A stretch of 64,000 bases of DNA from Candidatus Beckwithbacteria bacterium (lineage in GTDB: Bacteria; Patescibacteriota; Microgenomatia; UBA1400; CG1-02-47-37). The stretch lies in contig JAZDKF010000012.1 of assembly GCA_043803225.1 (NCBI GenBank), forward strand, positions 54,143-118,142, given 5' to 3'. The translations under genes were made by a program, and so were the position numbers. Each line of letters opens with the position of its first letter. The stretch's first letter is position 1. The notes beneath the pieces are model-generated. The model did no database searches. It was not told where the DNA came from and was given only the letters and a program-made list of their open reading frames with translations. Positions 18,826-29,345 of this stretch are shown here, piece by piece.

Positions 18826-20259
18826 TTATACCGTTTTAAGTTTAAAAATAATTCCTAAACCGTCTTCCATCACAATTTCAAATCTCTCATCGTTTCTTAC
18901 CTGTTCGATTAACGCCCAAAAATAAATCTTGCCTGCATAGCCGTATCTAACCTTAAACACATTTTGTAAAGTTGCATAAGGATCTTTATCTGCCCCCAAA
19001 GCCACCAACCGATACTGCTGGTATAACTCTTTATTTTTATGCCACATATACACCGGATCCATGGCTACAAAATAATGGTTATCCGGGTTGACACCGATCA
19101 AATACTGCGGGTCCGACCAATTGGCGGTAAATATCAGCTCGTCTTTATTGGTATTTTCTTTAAGCCACTGGCCGACTTGAGCATAATGGTTCCCGAACAT
19201 TGTCTCACCGCGGGACCTTAAAATTATCTGCTGTAAGCTTCTGCCCAGTAGTAAAAAAATTACCACTGTTCCCAGCAGGATTATTCCGTTGCTGTATTTT
19301 TTTACCTTCTGCCATGAAGCCGCCCAAATCATAGTTGAGCTGAGAATAAAAAAACCAAAACCATGCACAATGTACCGCTGGGACTTAAACCCCATGATTA
19401 GAAAAATTGTGCTGATAATCAGCCATACTTTTGTCGCGTAATTTAATTTTGGCTTTAACCAAATCAAGCTTGCCCCTGTGACTAAAATTCCTAAAACTAT
19501 TACTCCGTATTCGGCTAAATACTGCTGCCAGCTTAAAGGAAAAAATTCCGCTCCCAGCTCCAGCACATTCCACCTGAATGCAAACCAAGGAACCAGCAAA
19601 CCATTTAAATAAAAGTAAAATAAGTTGTTGGGAAAATTAGGGTAAATTAGCTGCGACAACAGCACTCCTAAACCAACCACCACTGCCAACTTCCACCTTT
19701 TGGCTAACACTCCATAAACCGCTGCCAGCGGCGCGGTAATGTGCAGCCAGCCGTAAACAAAACTCGCCCAGAATACTTTGTTACCCTTTTTTTGTATCAG
19801 CCAGTGGATTAACCACAAACTTAAAGCCAAAGTTAAAACAATCGGTCTGGATTCCATAACCGCTCGGAGGAAATGGTCCGAACTGAAAAACAAACTCCCG
19901 GCTATAACCAGCCAAGGCCAAGTTAAGTATTTTTTCCCCACCAGGATTAAGCTGGAAAACAAGACACCGCTGCTGATCCAAGCCGCCCATTTAGCTCCGC
20001 TAAAAATATTTTTTCCTAAAGTGAAGGGAATCAGCAGTAGATGATACAACCAGTCTTTGTCGGAAAATCGGTCATTGAAATATGACAGTTCTGCCAGCGG
20101 CAGGGTTTTTAAGAAACCCTGATGTTTCATCATTTCCGCTAGCCTGATATGGAACCATCCGTCCGCTCCCCAAATTGCCGGCGTCAGCCATTGAATTAAC
20201 AATAATCCCAGCCAGCCGCTGATTAAAATCAATATCAGCTGCCGATTCTTTCGACTCAT
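18826..20259 (-). CDS. Polytopic membrane protein, possible GT-C glycosyltransferase
   Basis: DGWFHIRLA after TM1, many TMs, soluble C-terminal domain; ATG 20259 overlaps the upstream gene's stop (ATGA). Confidence 0.6.
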   Translation of the reverse strand: MSRKNRQLILILISGWLGLLLIQWLTPAIWGADGWFHIRLAEMMKHQGFLKTLPLAELSYFNDRFSDKDWLYHLLLIPFTLGKNIFSGAKWAAWISSGVLFSSLILVGKKYLTWPWLVIAGSLFFSSDHFLRAVMESRPIVLTLALSLWLIHWLIQKKGNKVFWASFVYGWLHITAPLAAVYGVLAKRWKLAVVVGLGVLLSQLIYPNFPNNLFYFYLNGLLVPWFAFRWNVLELGAEFFPLSWQQYLAEYGVIVLGILVTGASLIWLKPKLNYATKVWLIISTIFLIMGFKSQRYIVHGFGFFILSSTMIWAASWQKVKKYSNGIILLGTVVIFLLLGRSLQQIILRSRGETMFGNHYAQVGQWLKENTNKDELIFTANWSDPQYLIGVNPDNHYFVAMDPVYMWHKNKELYQQYRLVALGADKDPYATLQNVFKVRYGYAGKIYFWALIEQVRNDERFEIVMEDGLGIIFKLKTV

Positions 20260-21989
20260 ATGCCCCGTAAATACACCGCCCGCCATGGAGCATAGTTTGA
20301 GTAAAACGTTTTTTTCTGTAATACTTCGCCGTTCCTGGTCACCTGCCAGTCAAAGGCAGCCTTTGCCCCCCAGGCTGCCCAATCTACCTGCTGGACTTGA
20401 CCCGGCCCTAAGGTCGGATCGTCTTGATACAGTGCCTCCGGTGGCGGCGATTGATCCCAAAGCCTGATGTTGCTGATGGTGACTTTCCGGCCGTCGCTGG
20501 TGCCGTACAACTCAAACTTTAAATAAAGCTTAGCTGTATCCACCGTTGTCTGAATTAAAATATGTCCCGGCGTGTCATTTACAAACCTTAGATCAGAGCT
20601 GGGTGAATACACAGTTGCGTCAAAACCCGGCTTTGAATTTTGTTCATAATAACTTACCCGGTAAGCATGGGCATGTCTTTCAGTAATCTTTAAGCCGGCA
20701 TCCAAAATCGCCCTGAATAGGGTAGTCGAATCCTGGCAGACTCCGCCGCCATCATCCAAAACCGTTCGGCCTTCTTTAATAATATAGGCGGTCTTATAAC
20801 CGGTCGCCGCTGAAATATCGCCCACTGCCCGGTTAAAGGAAAATTCCTCACCTGGTGCAATTAAAATCCCGTTTAGCTTGTTGGCCGTTAACACCACATT
20901 GTGAATTCTTCCCGGGATTGAATGAAAAAAAGTTGACTCGCCTTTGCCGATTAACTCATTGATGCCTAAATCATTAACTTCTTTATTGCTGATTTTCGGT
21001 TCAGTTTTTTGCACGACCAATTCCACTTCTTCAGTTGTTGCTTCATTTTGAGTTAAATTTATTAATGCCTTTTTAATTAGTTCTGCCGTCATTACTTCAT
21101 TTACTCCCAACCCCGGTAGTGCCGGCTTAAATTCCACAATCCTTTCTCCTTTGAATTGAAACACTGCATTTTGGGCCGGCCGGTTTAAATCCGCTCCTAG
21201 ACTTGCCGCCAAAGTTGCTATCTTTTCTTCGTCAAACTCTGTTTTAAACCCCACCAGATTAATTATCCCCTCGCTCTTAATTGTTCTTGAAAAATTTTCA
21301 TACTTTAACTTTAAGCTTTTAGTTTTAATTTTTTCGGCTCTTTCCTGGGCTGCTGTCAATTCTTCACCCGATACCTGAATTTGCACTAGCTGAACCGGAA
21401 TCTCTACGGTTTCAAAGTCTAAATTTTTTATTTTAGTTAAAATCATCTGAACCAGTTTTTCTTTGTCAATTATCCGGCCGTTTTTCCCCGGTTCCAAACT
21501 AATCTTGCCATCTGCCGCTAAACTTAAACTCGGCATAATCGGTTCTTCCACCAATCCCGCTACCACTACTTCAACCAACTCTCTTAACTTATCTTCGTTT
21601 AGCTTTAACTCCATTTCTAAGTTTGCTCCCGCCCGCCACTGCTGCCACTTTAATTTTAAATCTTTAATAAATCCCTGGCTTCTACCCCTTAAATATATTT
21701 TTTCTGCAGTCAACTTTGGTTCATACTTAATCTCTAACTCATTTAAACTTAAAGGCCACTCTTGGTTGCTGAATCTTAACCGCATTTCTTTGGGTAATTC
21801 AGCTGTCACTTGCCCCAGCTTAACCTCTGCCTCAGCCAAACTGAAATTTGATAAATTTGTTCCGCCGACAAATATATACGGATAAATTTTTTGATTGTAA
21901 GCCAGATGGTATAAAGATAAAATTCCGCTGACTATAATCAGTAAACTTGAAACTGCGACTAAACCAATTTTAACCAAGTTGCTTCTCAT
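20256..21989 (-). CDS. VanW family protein with peptidoglycan-binding repeats
   Basis: N-terminal TM; PGEEFSFN, GGGVCQDSTT, HAHAY, DLRFVNDT. Confidence 0.9.
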   Translation of the reverse strand: MRSNLVKIGLVAVSSLLIIVSGILSLYHLAYNQKIYPYIFVGGTNLSNFSLAEAEVKLGQVTAELPKEMRLRFSNQEWPLSLNELEIKYEPKLTAEKIYLRGRSQGFIKDLKLKWQQWRAGANLEMELKLNEDKLRELVEVVVAGLVEEPIMPSLSLAADGKISLEPGKNGRIIDKEKLVQMILTKIKNLDFETVEIPVQLVQIQVSGEELTAAQERAEKIKTKSLKLKYENFSRTIKSEGIINLVGFKTEFDEEKIATLAASLGADLNRPAQNAVFQFKGERIVEFKPALPGLGVNEVMTAELIKKALINLTQNEATTEEVELVVQKTEPKISNKEVNDLGINELIGKGESTFFHSIPGRIHNVVLTANKLNGILIAPGEEFSFNRAVGDISAATGYKTAYIIKEGRTVLDDGGGVCQDSTTLFRAILDAGLKITERHAHAYRVSYYEQNSKPGFDATVYSPSSDLRFVNDTPGHILIQTTVDTAKLYLKFELYGTSDGRKVTISNIRLWDQSPPPEALYQDDPTLGPGQVQQVDWAAWGAKAAFDWQVTRNGEVLQKKTFYSNYAPWRAVYLRGI

Positions 21990-22016
21990 AATAAGGCTTG
22001 TTAAGATAATAACATA

Positions 22017-23495
22017 ATGCCCGACGATCCTCTAACCCCACCACCATCAACTACACCTGCTCCTGAACCCCCCTTTCCTATTCCGGTTGATGAAGCTAAT
22101 CCTTCCACACCAGCCGCAACCGCTCCGGCCGTTGATCTGCCTCCACCGCCCCCGCCGGCGCCAGCCGGAGAACCAGCCAAAGACACAACCGTCACCAAAC
22201 CTGTTTTTAAACGTTTGCTTCCGATTTTAATTGGTATCGGCCTTCTCCTTCTACTGATCCTCTTAGTGACTAAAGTAATCTTGCCCAAATTCCAAAAACC
22301 CAAAACCCCGGACATTATTACTTTAAAGTATTGGGGCCTTTGGGAACCGGAAAACTTAATGGCTGATGTGATTGCCGATTATCAAAAACAAAATCCCAAC
22401 GTCACCATTCAATATGTTCGTCAATCTTCCAAAGATTACCGCGAACGGCTTCAATCCAGTTTAGCCAAAGGCGACGGACCGGACATTTTCCGCTGGCACA
22501 ATACTTGGCTGCCAATGCTTAAAAGCGATCTAAGTCCGGTTCCGGATACGGCCTACACTCCTAATGAATTTGACACTACTTTCTATCCGATCGTAAAAAA
22601 AGACTCCTTTTTTAACGGCCGCTACTACGGCGTGCCCTTGATGTTTGACGCCCTGGCTCTTTATGTTAACGAAGATATTTTTCAAGCCGATTCCAGTTTA
22701 AAAGTTCCCACTACCTGGGACAATCTTCGTCAAACTGCCTATAAACTCACCCAGCGTGACAGCCGCGGCCAACCGGTTCGGGCAGGAATTGCCCTGGGCA
22801 CGGCTGCTAATGTCGACAACTTTTCCGACATCTTAGGTTTAATGATTTTGCAAAACTCTGGCGATCCGGGCAAACCTGACTCTGAAGCCGTCACCTCAGC
22901 TCTTAAGTTTTACACGCTTTTTGCTTCTCAGGATAAAACTTTCAGCGACCAACTGCCCAACTCCACCTACGCTTTTGCCACCAACAAAGCGGTAATGATG
23001 ATTGCTCCCTCTTGGCGGGCAATCGAGGTTAAAACGATAAATCCTCAGTTGAACTTTAAACTTTACGCTGTGCCGCAACTTCCGGGCACGAACATTACCT
23101 GGGCTACCTACTGGCTTGAAGGCGTTTCCAAAAAATCGCTCTTTCAAGAAGCCGCCTGGGCTTTTGTTAAATACCTAAGTTCCCGAGAAGTCTTAACCAA
23201 GATGTACACCGCTGCCTCCCAAACCCGTCTTTTTGGCGAACCTTACCCCCGCCAGGATATGGCCAGTTTGCTCCAAGCCGATCCTTTTGTCGGTGCCATT
23301 CTGTCTCAGGCTCTTTCGACTCAATCCTGGCCCTTGGCCTCCCGGACTTTTGACAATGGCTTAAACGATAAAATCATTCAGTATTATCATGATGCTATTA
23401 ACAGCTATCTTTCCGGCCAACCCGAAGCTGATATTACCAAAAACCTCTCCAAAGGCGTTACCCAAGTTCTGTCCCAATACGGTCTGACTAAATGA
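22017..23495 (+). CDS. Sugar-type extracellular solute-binding protein with Pro-rich N-tail and TM anchor
   Basis: YWGLWE, GDGPDIF, YGVPL..D.LALYVN, AAWAFVKYL. Confidence 0.85.
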   Translation: MPDDPLTPPPSTTPAPEPPFPIPVDEANPSTPAATAPAVDLPPPPPPAPAGEPAKDTTVTKPVFKRLLPILIGIGLLLLLILLVTKVILPKFQKPKTPDIITLKYWGLWEPENLMADVIADYQKQNPNVTIQYVRQSSKDYRERLQSSLAKGDGPDIFRWHNTWLPMLKSDLSPVPDTAYTPNEFDTTFYPIVKKDSFFNGRYYGVPLMFDALALYVNEDIFQADSSLKVPTTWDNLRQTAYKLTQRDSRGQPVRAGIALGTAANVDNFSDILGLMILQNSGDPGKPDSEAVTSALKFYTLFASQDKTFSDQLPNSTYAFATNKAVMMIAPSWRAIEVKTINPQLNFKLYAVPQLPGTNITWATYWLEGVSKKSLFQEAAWAFVKYLSSREVLTKMYTAASQTRLFGEPYPRQDMASLLQADPFVGAILSQALSTQSWPLASRTFDNGLNDKIIQYYHDAINSYLSGQPEADITKNLSKGVTQVLSQYGLTK

Positions 23496-24715
23496 CGCTA
23501 ATAAACCAAGCGATCTATCAAACGCTGTGTTATGCGGATATTTTTGACTATCCTCTCTCTCGGTCGCAGTTGCACCGTTTTCTCATTTCCACCTCTCACG
23601 TGCCGCTGTCGGCGCTGCCCAAAAAACAATTCTTTTACCTTCCCGGCCGCCGTTCCTTGTTGGCTCTCCGCCGTTCCCGCCGGCGCTTTAGTCAATTAAA
23701 GTCTCAAAAACTTCAGCGTCGGCTTTGGTTGTTTAAACTTATTCCTTGGATCAAGTTAGTGGCTGTCTCCGGCGCTTTAACGATGAATAACTCGAATGCC
23801 GCTGACGACATCGACTTGTTAATTGTGACTGCTAAAAACCGCCTCTGGCTCACTCGTGCCTTATTATTGTTTTTTCCTTCCCGCCGCCGCTATCACCTCC
23901 GAGCGGCTAATAAATTTTGTTTTAATCTTTGGCTGGACGAAACCGTCCTCAGTTTGCCCCCAAGTCAGCGCAACCTTTATACTGCTCATGAACTGGCTCA
24001 GCTTAAGCCGGTTTTAAACCGCAATCAGACTTATCAAAAATTAATTCATGCCAACTTATGGCTTCAAGCCTTCTTACCCAACTGGACGCCTGTCCTGCAA
24101 GGTCCGACCTTGAAGGCTGAATCTTCAAAAAGGTCGGACCTTATTGAAATTCTTGAGATTTTTGCTTTTAAATTTCAATCTCTTTATATGAAGTCAAAGA
24201 AAACTTCAGAAAAGGTCGGTCGCCATTTTGCTTTTTTTCACCCTAGGCCAACCGGAAAAATCATTTTAACTGCTTACCGCTGCCGTTTACAAGGACAGAC
24301 CTTGAAGGTTTTAGTTACCGGTTGTTTTGATCTTCTTCATCCCATGCACCGTAGTTTATTACTGGCCGCCAAAAAACTTGGCGGCCAGCTTTTAGTTGGA
24401 TTGGAAACCGACCTGCGTGTTCGCCAGCTCAAAGGAAAAGACCGCCCCGTTAATTCTTTACCCATCCGTATTCAGAATCTTAAAAAGTTGGGGATTGCTG
24501 ATCAGGTTTTTAGCTTACCGGAAAAATTCTCTTCTGCCAAAGATCACCTTGCTTTCCTTAACCAGCTTAAACCTGATATCTTAGCTGTCTCTGCCTCCAC
24601 TCCCAACTTACCCGCTAAACGCCGCCTTCTGCGCCAGCTCCACGGTCACGTCATTGTCGTTCTGCCCTTTAACCCCAAAATCTCCACCACCAAACTGCTA
24701 AAATTAAAACAATGA
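23492..24715 (+). CDS. Fusion: Pol-beta-like nucleotidyltransferase domain + C-terminal cytidylyltransferase (RfaE/TagD-like)
   Basis: VAVSGAL...DDIDLLIV; VTGCFDLLHPMH, LKGKDRP, ISTTKL. Confidence 0.75.
   Translation: MTLINQAIYQTLCYADIFDYPLSRSQLHRFLISTSHVPLSALPKKQFFYLPGRRSLLALRRSRRRFSQLKSQKLQRRLWLFKLIPWIKLVAVSGALTMNNSNAADDIDLLIVTAKNRLWLTRALLLFFPSRRRYHLRAANKFCFNLWLDETVLSLPPSQRNLYTAHELAQLKPVLNRNQTYQKLIHANLWLQAFLPNWTPVLQGPTLKAESSKRSDLIEILEIFAFKFQSLYMKSKKTSEKVGRHFAFFHPRPTGKIILTAYRCRLQGQTLKVLVTGCFDLLHPMHRSLLLAAKKLGGQLLVGLETDLRVRQLKGKDRPVNSLPIRIQNLKKLGIADQVFSLPEKFSSAKDHLAFLNQLKPDILAVSASTPNLPAKRRLLRQLHGHVIVVLPFNPKISTTKLLKLKQ
24098..24308. repeat. Short palindromic repeat (C)AAGGTC-N-GACCTT(G), three copies inside a CDS
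   Basis: CAAGGTCCGACCTTG 24098-24112; AAGGTCGGACCTT 24130-24142 (inverted partner); CAAGGACAGACCTTG 24290-24304. Copies 1 and 3 both continue with AAGG. Confidence 0.75.
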
Positions 24716-25494
24716 ATAATTATCAGTTTCTTCGCGATTATCAGAATCTTCAATATTCCCTAATGTTTGATCAGTTAATAGAGCTTGGTTTTTGTAGAAT
24801 TAGTTACTGTGCTGGCGACAATTCTAATTTTTGGAATCAAGCCCTAACTAATCAACTTCTTTCATCAGAACAGCTTAAACAAATTGAATATAATTTAACA
24901 AAGTTAAATCGGCAATCAACAGTTTATTTTGAAAATAAAAAGACCTTAAACCAGTTAGCGATATTATTAAAAACTAACAAGTATAATTTTTCTTATGAAG
25001 ACAGTTGGCTATTTTATACAAAAAATAGTCTTGATTCTTCTCGATTTAAACAAGTTAAGAAAATATCTACAGAGAAAGAGTTGGAAACGTTTATTAAAAC
25101 ATTTAACTCTTGTTATCAAAAAAACGACCCCCAAAATGCCTATGGTGAACTTGGGGATTATTTAAAAGTAACAGAAGTGATTTGGGAAAAACATCATCAA
25201 AATAATCGTGTTGAATATTTTATTTGTTTTGAAAAAAACGAGCCTGTCGCGGTTTCCTCGTTAACTAATTATCAGCAAATAGGCTATATTTCCAACGTTG
25301 GGTCATTAAAAAAAGTCAGGGGAAAAGGTTTTGGTAAATTAGCAACTCTATATTGTGTGGCTGAATCGATAAAACAAGGCAACCAATATCACTGTTTAAC
25401 TACAGAAGAAAGCACCTATGCAGATGAGTTTTATAAACGAATTGGTTTTGAGAAAAAATTTTCTGCTGTTGCCTACACAAAAACTTCTCCTTGA
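24712..25494 (+). CDS. GNAT acetyltransferase (AT-rich)
   Basis: ISNVGS..VRGKGFG, FYKRIGF. Confidence 0.85.
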   Translation: MNNYQFLRDYQNLQYSLMFDQLIELGFCRISYCAGDNSNFWNQALTNQLLSSEQLKQIEYNLTKLNRQSTVYFENKKTLNQLAILLKTNKYNFSYEDSWLFYTKNSLDSSRFKQVKKISTEKELETFIKTFNSCYQKNDPQNAYGELGDYLKVTEVIWEKHHQNNRVEYFICFEKNEPVAVSSLTNYQQIGYISNVGSLKKVRGKGFGKLATLYCVAESIKQGNQYHCLTTEESTYADEFYKRIGFEKKFSAVAYTKTSP

Positions 25495-25544
25495 CAAGAA
25501 AAAAACTATTCGATAAACTAGCACTTGTTATCATTGAGTGATAA
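25491..25544 (+). promoter_or_regulatory. Sigma70 promoter and CIRCE operator of groESL
   Basis: TTGACA 25491-25496, N17, TAAACT 25514-25519; CTAGCACTT-N9-GAGTGATAA 25518-25544. Confidence 0.88.
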
Positions 25545-25568
25545 TATTATTTTTTAAGGAGGATATTT

Positions 25569-27523
<1,955 letters not shown>

Positions 27524-27545
27524 TGTAAAAATATTATAAATTCTC

Positions 27546-27572
27546 AAGCCCCGGCACTCCGCCGGGGCTTTT
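27546..27572 (+). terminator. Intrinsic terminator after groEL
   Basis: AAGCCCCGGC-ACTCC-GCCGGGGCTT followed by TT. Confidence 0.85.
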
Positions 27573-27586
27573 GGTAGAATAAGTCT

Positions 27587-27946
27587 ATGGCGTTTCCTTT
27601 AGACCTAATTCAACTTATTGAAAAACACCCGGTAGCGATTGGCACGACTATGCCAGCCGGAAAGCCGAACATTACTCCGGTGGCTTATGTGAAAGTAGTT
27701 GGGGATAGCCAAATTCTAATTACTGACAACTTCATGAATCAGTTAATTAAAGATATTCAAAACAATCCGTCAGTTACTTTAGCAGTTTGGAATCCGGAAA
27801 TGAGCGGTTATAAATTAATTGGTCAGGCAGAATATTTTACTTCCGGCCCATGGTTTGAAAAAGTCAAATCCATTCCTGAGAACAAAAATATGCCCTGCAA
27901 GGGTGCAGTATTAGTAACAGTTACTAAGTTTTTCCCTACAAAATAA
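27587..27946 (+). CDS. Pyridoxamine 5'-phosphate oxidase-like FMN-binding protein
   Basis: GKPN, ILITDNFM, NNPSV, GYKLIG.AEY, KGAVLV. Confidence 0.8.
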   Translation: MAFPLDLIQLIEKHPVAIGTTMPAGKPNITPVAYVKVVGDSQILITDNFMNQLIKDIQNNPSVTLAVWNPEMSGYKLIGQAEYFTSGPWFEKVKSIPENKNMPCKGAVLVTVTKFFPTK

Positions 27947-27950
27947 TTTT

Positions 27951-28106
27951 ATGCTTTCCCTTAAACTTTTAAAGCCCTACCTGATTGGCATTCTCGCCTC
28001 GATTGTTTTACTTCTGCTCGGTTTAGCCATCTTAGGCATCTCTTTAATTTCCGCCAACCGCGAGCAGGCCGCCACTATCCAGCCAGTCTTCACCCAGCCC
28101 CAATGA
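27951..28106 (+). CDS. Small single-TM protein (51 aa)
   Basis: Hand translation MLSLKLLKPYLIGILASIVLLLLGLAILGISLISANREQAATIQPVFTQPQ; fills the gap, with ATGA overlap to the next gene. Confidence 0.6.
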   Translation: MLSLKLLKPYLIGILASIVLLLLGLAILGISLISANREQAATIQPVFTQPQ

Positions 28107-28462
28107 CCGAATATCCGCTAGCGCCGCATCTAAATAGAAACACTGAAGTTCTGACAGTTACAGAAATTCTTCATCCGGGAAATTTTCGTCCGGAAATGAG
28201 CCTTGCCAGAATTGAATTAGACGGGGAAAATGTCAAAAACCGCAACCTTGAAGCCAGTTCCTTATATATTGTTGTTGATGGTGAAGGTAAATTTACAATT
28301 TTTGGTCAAAAAGGGGAGAAAGATAAAATCATCAAGGTTAAAAAAGGCGACTCAGTCTTTATTGCCAAAGGAACTTGGTATCAAGATTCAGGCAATATGA
28401 CAATGTATTCAATTTGCTCTCCGGCCTGGGATGGGAAAAAAGTTGAAATCGCTGCTGCTTAA
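28103..28462 (+). CDS. Cupin domain protein
   Basis: YIVVDGEG, VKKGDSVFIAKG, ICSPAW. Confidence 0.8.
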   Translation: MTEYPLAPHLNRNTEVLTVTEILHPGNFRPEMSLARIELDGENVKNRNLEASSLYIVVDGEGKFTIFGQKGEKDKIIKVKKGDSVFIAKGTWYQDSGNMTMYSICSPAWDGKKVEIAAA

Positions 28463-29160
28463 ATCGAAAAATCCGGTAAAACCGTTTGCGGATCAATTGC
28501 CTTACCGTCTTGATAAATCTCTAAGTGTAAATGCGGTCCGGTTGTCCAGCCGGTCATACCCACTGTTCCCAGCACCAGCTCTTTTTCAATTACTTCACCT
28601 TCAATTACCCTGATTTGATTTAAGTGGGCATAACGCGACTTTAAGCCCTTTTCGTGTTCTACGACCACAGTGTTGCCCCAGCCAATCCTGCCAAAGCTAA
28701 CCTCAACCACGCGGCCTCTGGCAATCGGTCTCATCTCGGTGTCATAGGGAGCTAAAATATCAATCGCCCGATGGAAACCATGGAAGCCTTGGGCCACGAT
28801 CCCCTCAACCGGTTTTTGCAAAGTTTCCTGGGTAATAATTTGGCTTTCCGGCTGCATTAATATTGTCTGGTCGGTTGCCAAAGTTTCATTGGCCGCTAAA
28901 ATATTGCCCATTAAACCAAACAGCATAATTACGATAGTTAAACCCACTCCGACAAATCTTTTGGCCCTTTTATTCTCAAAAGCCTTGGTAAACACCTTGG
29001 AAATCGGGTGGCCGCCCGGTCTGCCTGGCTTTTTCTTCGGTATAAATACTCTATAGATCTGGTAGGGCAGCATTAAAGTCGCCAAAACCAGCTCGGAAAA
29101 GACGAGTTTTAAACTTCTCTTGCCAATAGTCGCGATCATTAACCCTTTCTGTTTACGCAT
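28459..29160 (-). CDS. M23 family peptidase with N-terminal TM
   Basis: HRAID, SRYAHL, TGPHLHLEI; ATG 29160 with GGAGGA SD. The track's longer start runs into the tRNA. Confidence 0.9.
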   Translation of the reverse strand: MRKQKGLMIATIGKRSLKLVFSELVLATLMLPYQIYRVFIPKKKPGRPGGHPISKVFTKAFENKRAKRFVGVGLTIVIMLFGLMGNILAANETLATDQTILMQPESQIITQETLQKPVEGIVAQGFHGFHRAIDILAPYDTEMRPIARGRVVEVSFGRIGWGNTVVVEHEKGLKSRYAHLNQIRVIEGEVIEKELVLGTVGMTGWTTGPHLHLEIYQDGKAIDPQTVLPDFSI

Positions 29161-29231
29161 AAAAAAATCCTCCATTACTTGGAGGACAATACCTGTCATT
29201 ATACCACAACACCCTATAATGTCAATTTTAG

Positions 29232-29302
29232 AGGCCTGGGCGGGATTTGCACCCACGTAAACGGTTTTGCAGACCGCGCCCTAACTACTCGGACACCAGG
29301 CC
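29232..29302 (-). tRNA. tRNA-Cys (GCA)
   Basis: GGCCTGG/CCAGGCC acceptor stem; anticodon arm GCGGT-CTGCAAA-ACCGT; T arm GTGGG-TGCAAAT-CCCGC; discriminator U; CCA not encoded. Confidence 0.93.
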
Positions 29303-29345
29303 GCTCTATTTGTATTTTACCATTATTTTTGTTAAGATTTCTCTG

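Noticed and set aside
24204-24221. Fourth degenerate palindrome copy (AAGGTCGGTC), and AAGGTCGGATC near 20410
   Set aside because: Only half-sites, and explicable by the protein sequence.
29232-29302. tRNA as an integration site
   Set aside because: No integrase and no duplicated tRNA 3' end seen.
29161-29345. Longer N-termini for the M23 and PEGA ORFs
   Set aside because: They overlap tRNA-Cys; downstream ATGs have an SD or a -10 box and a sensible signal sequence.
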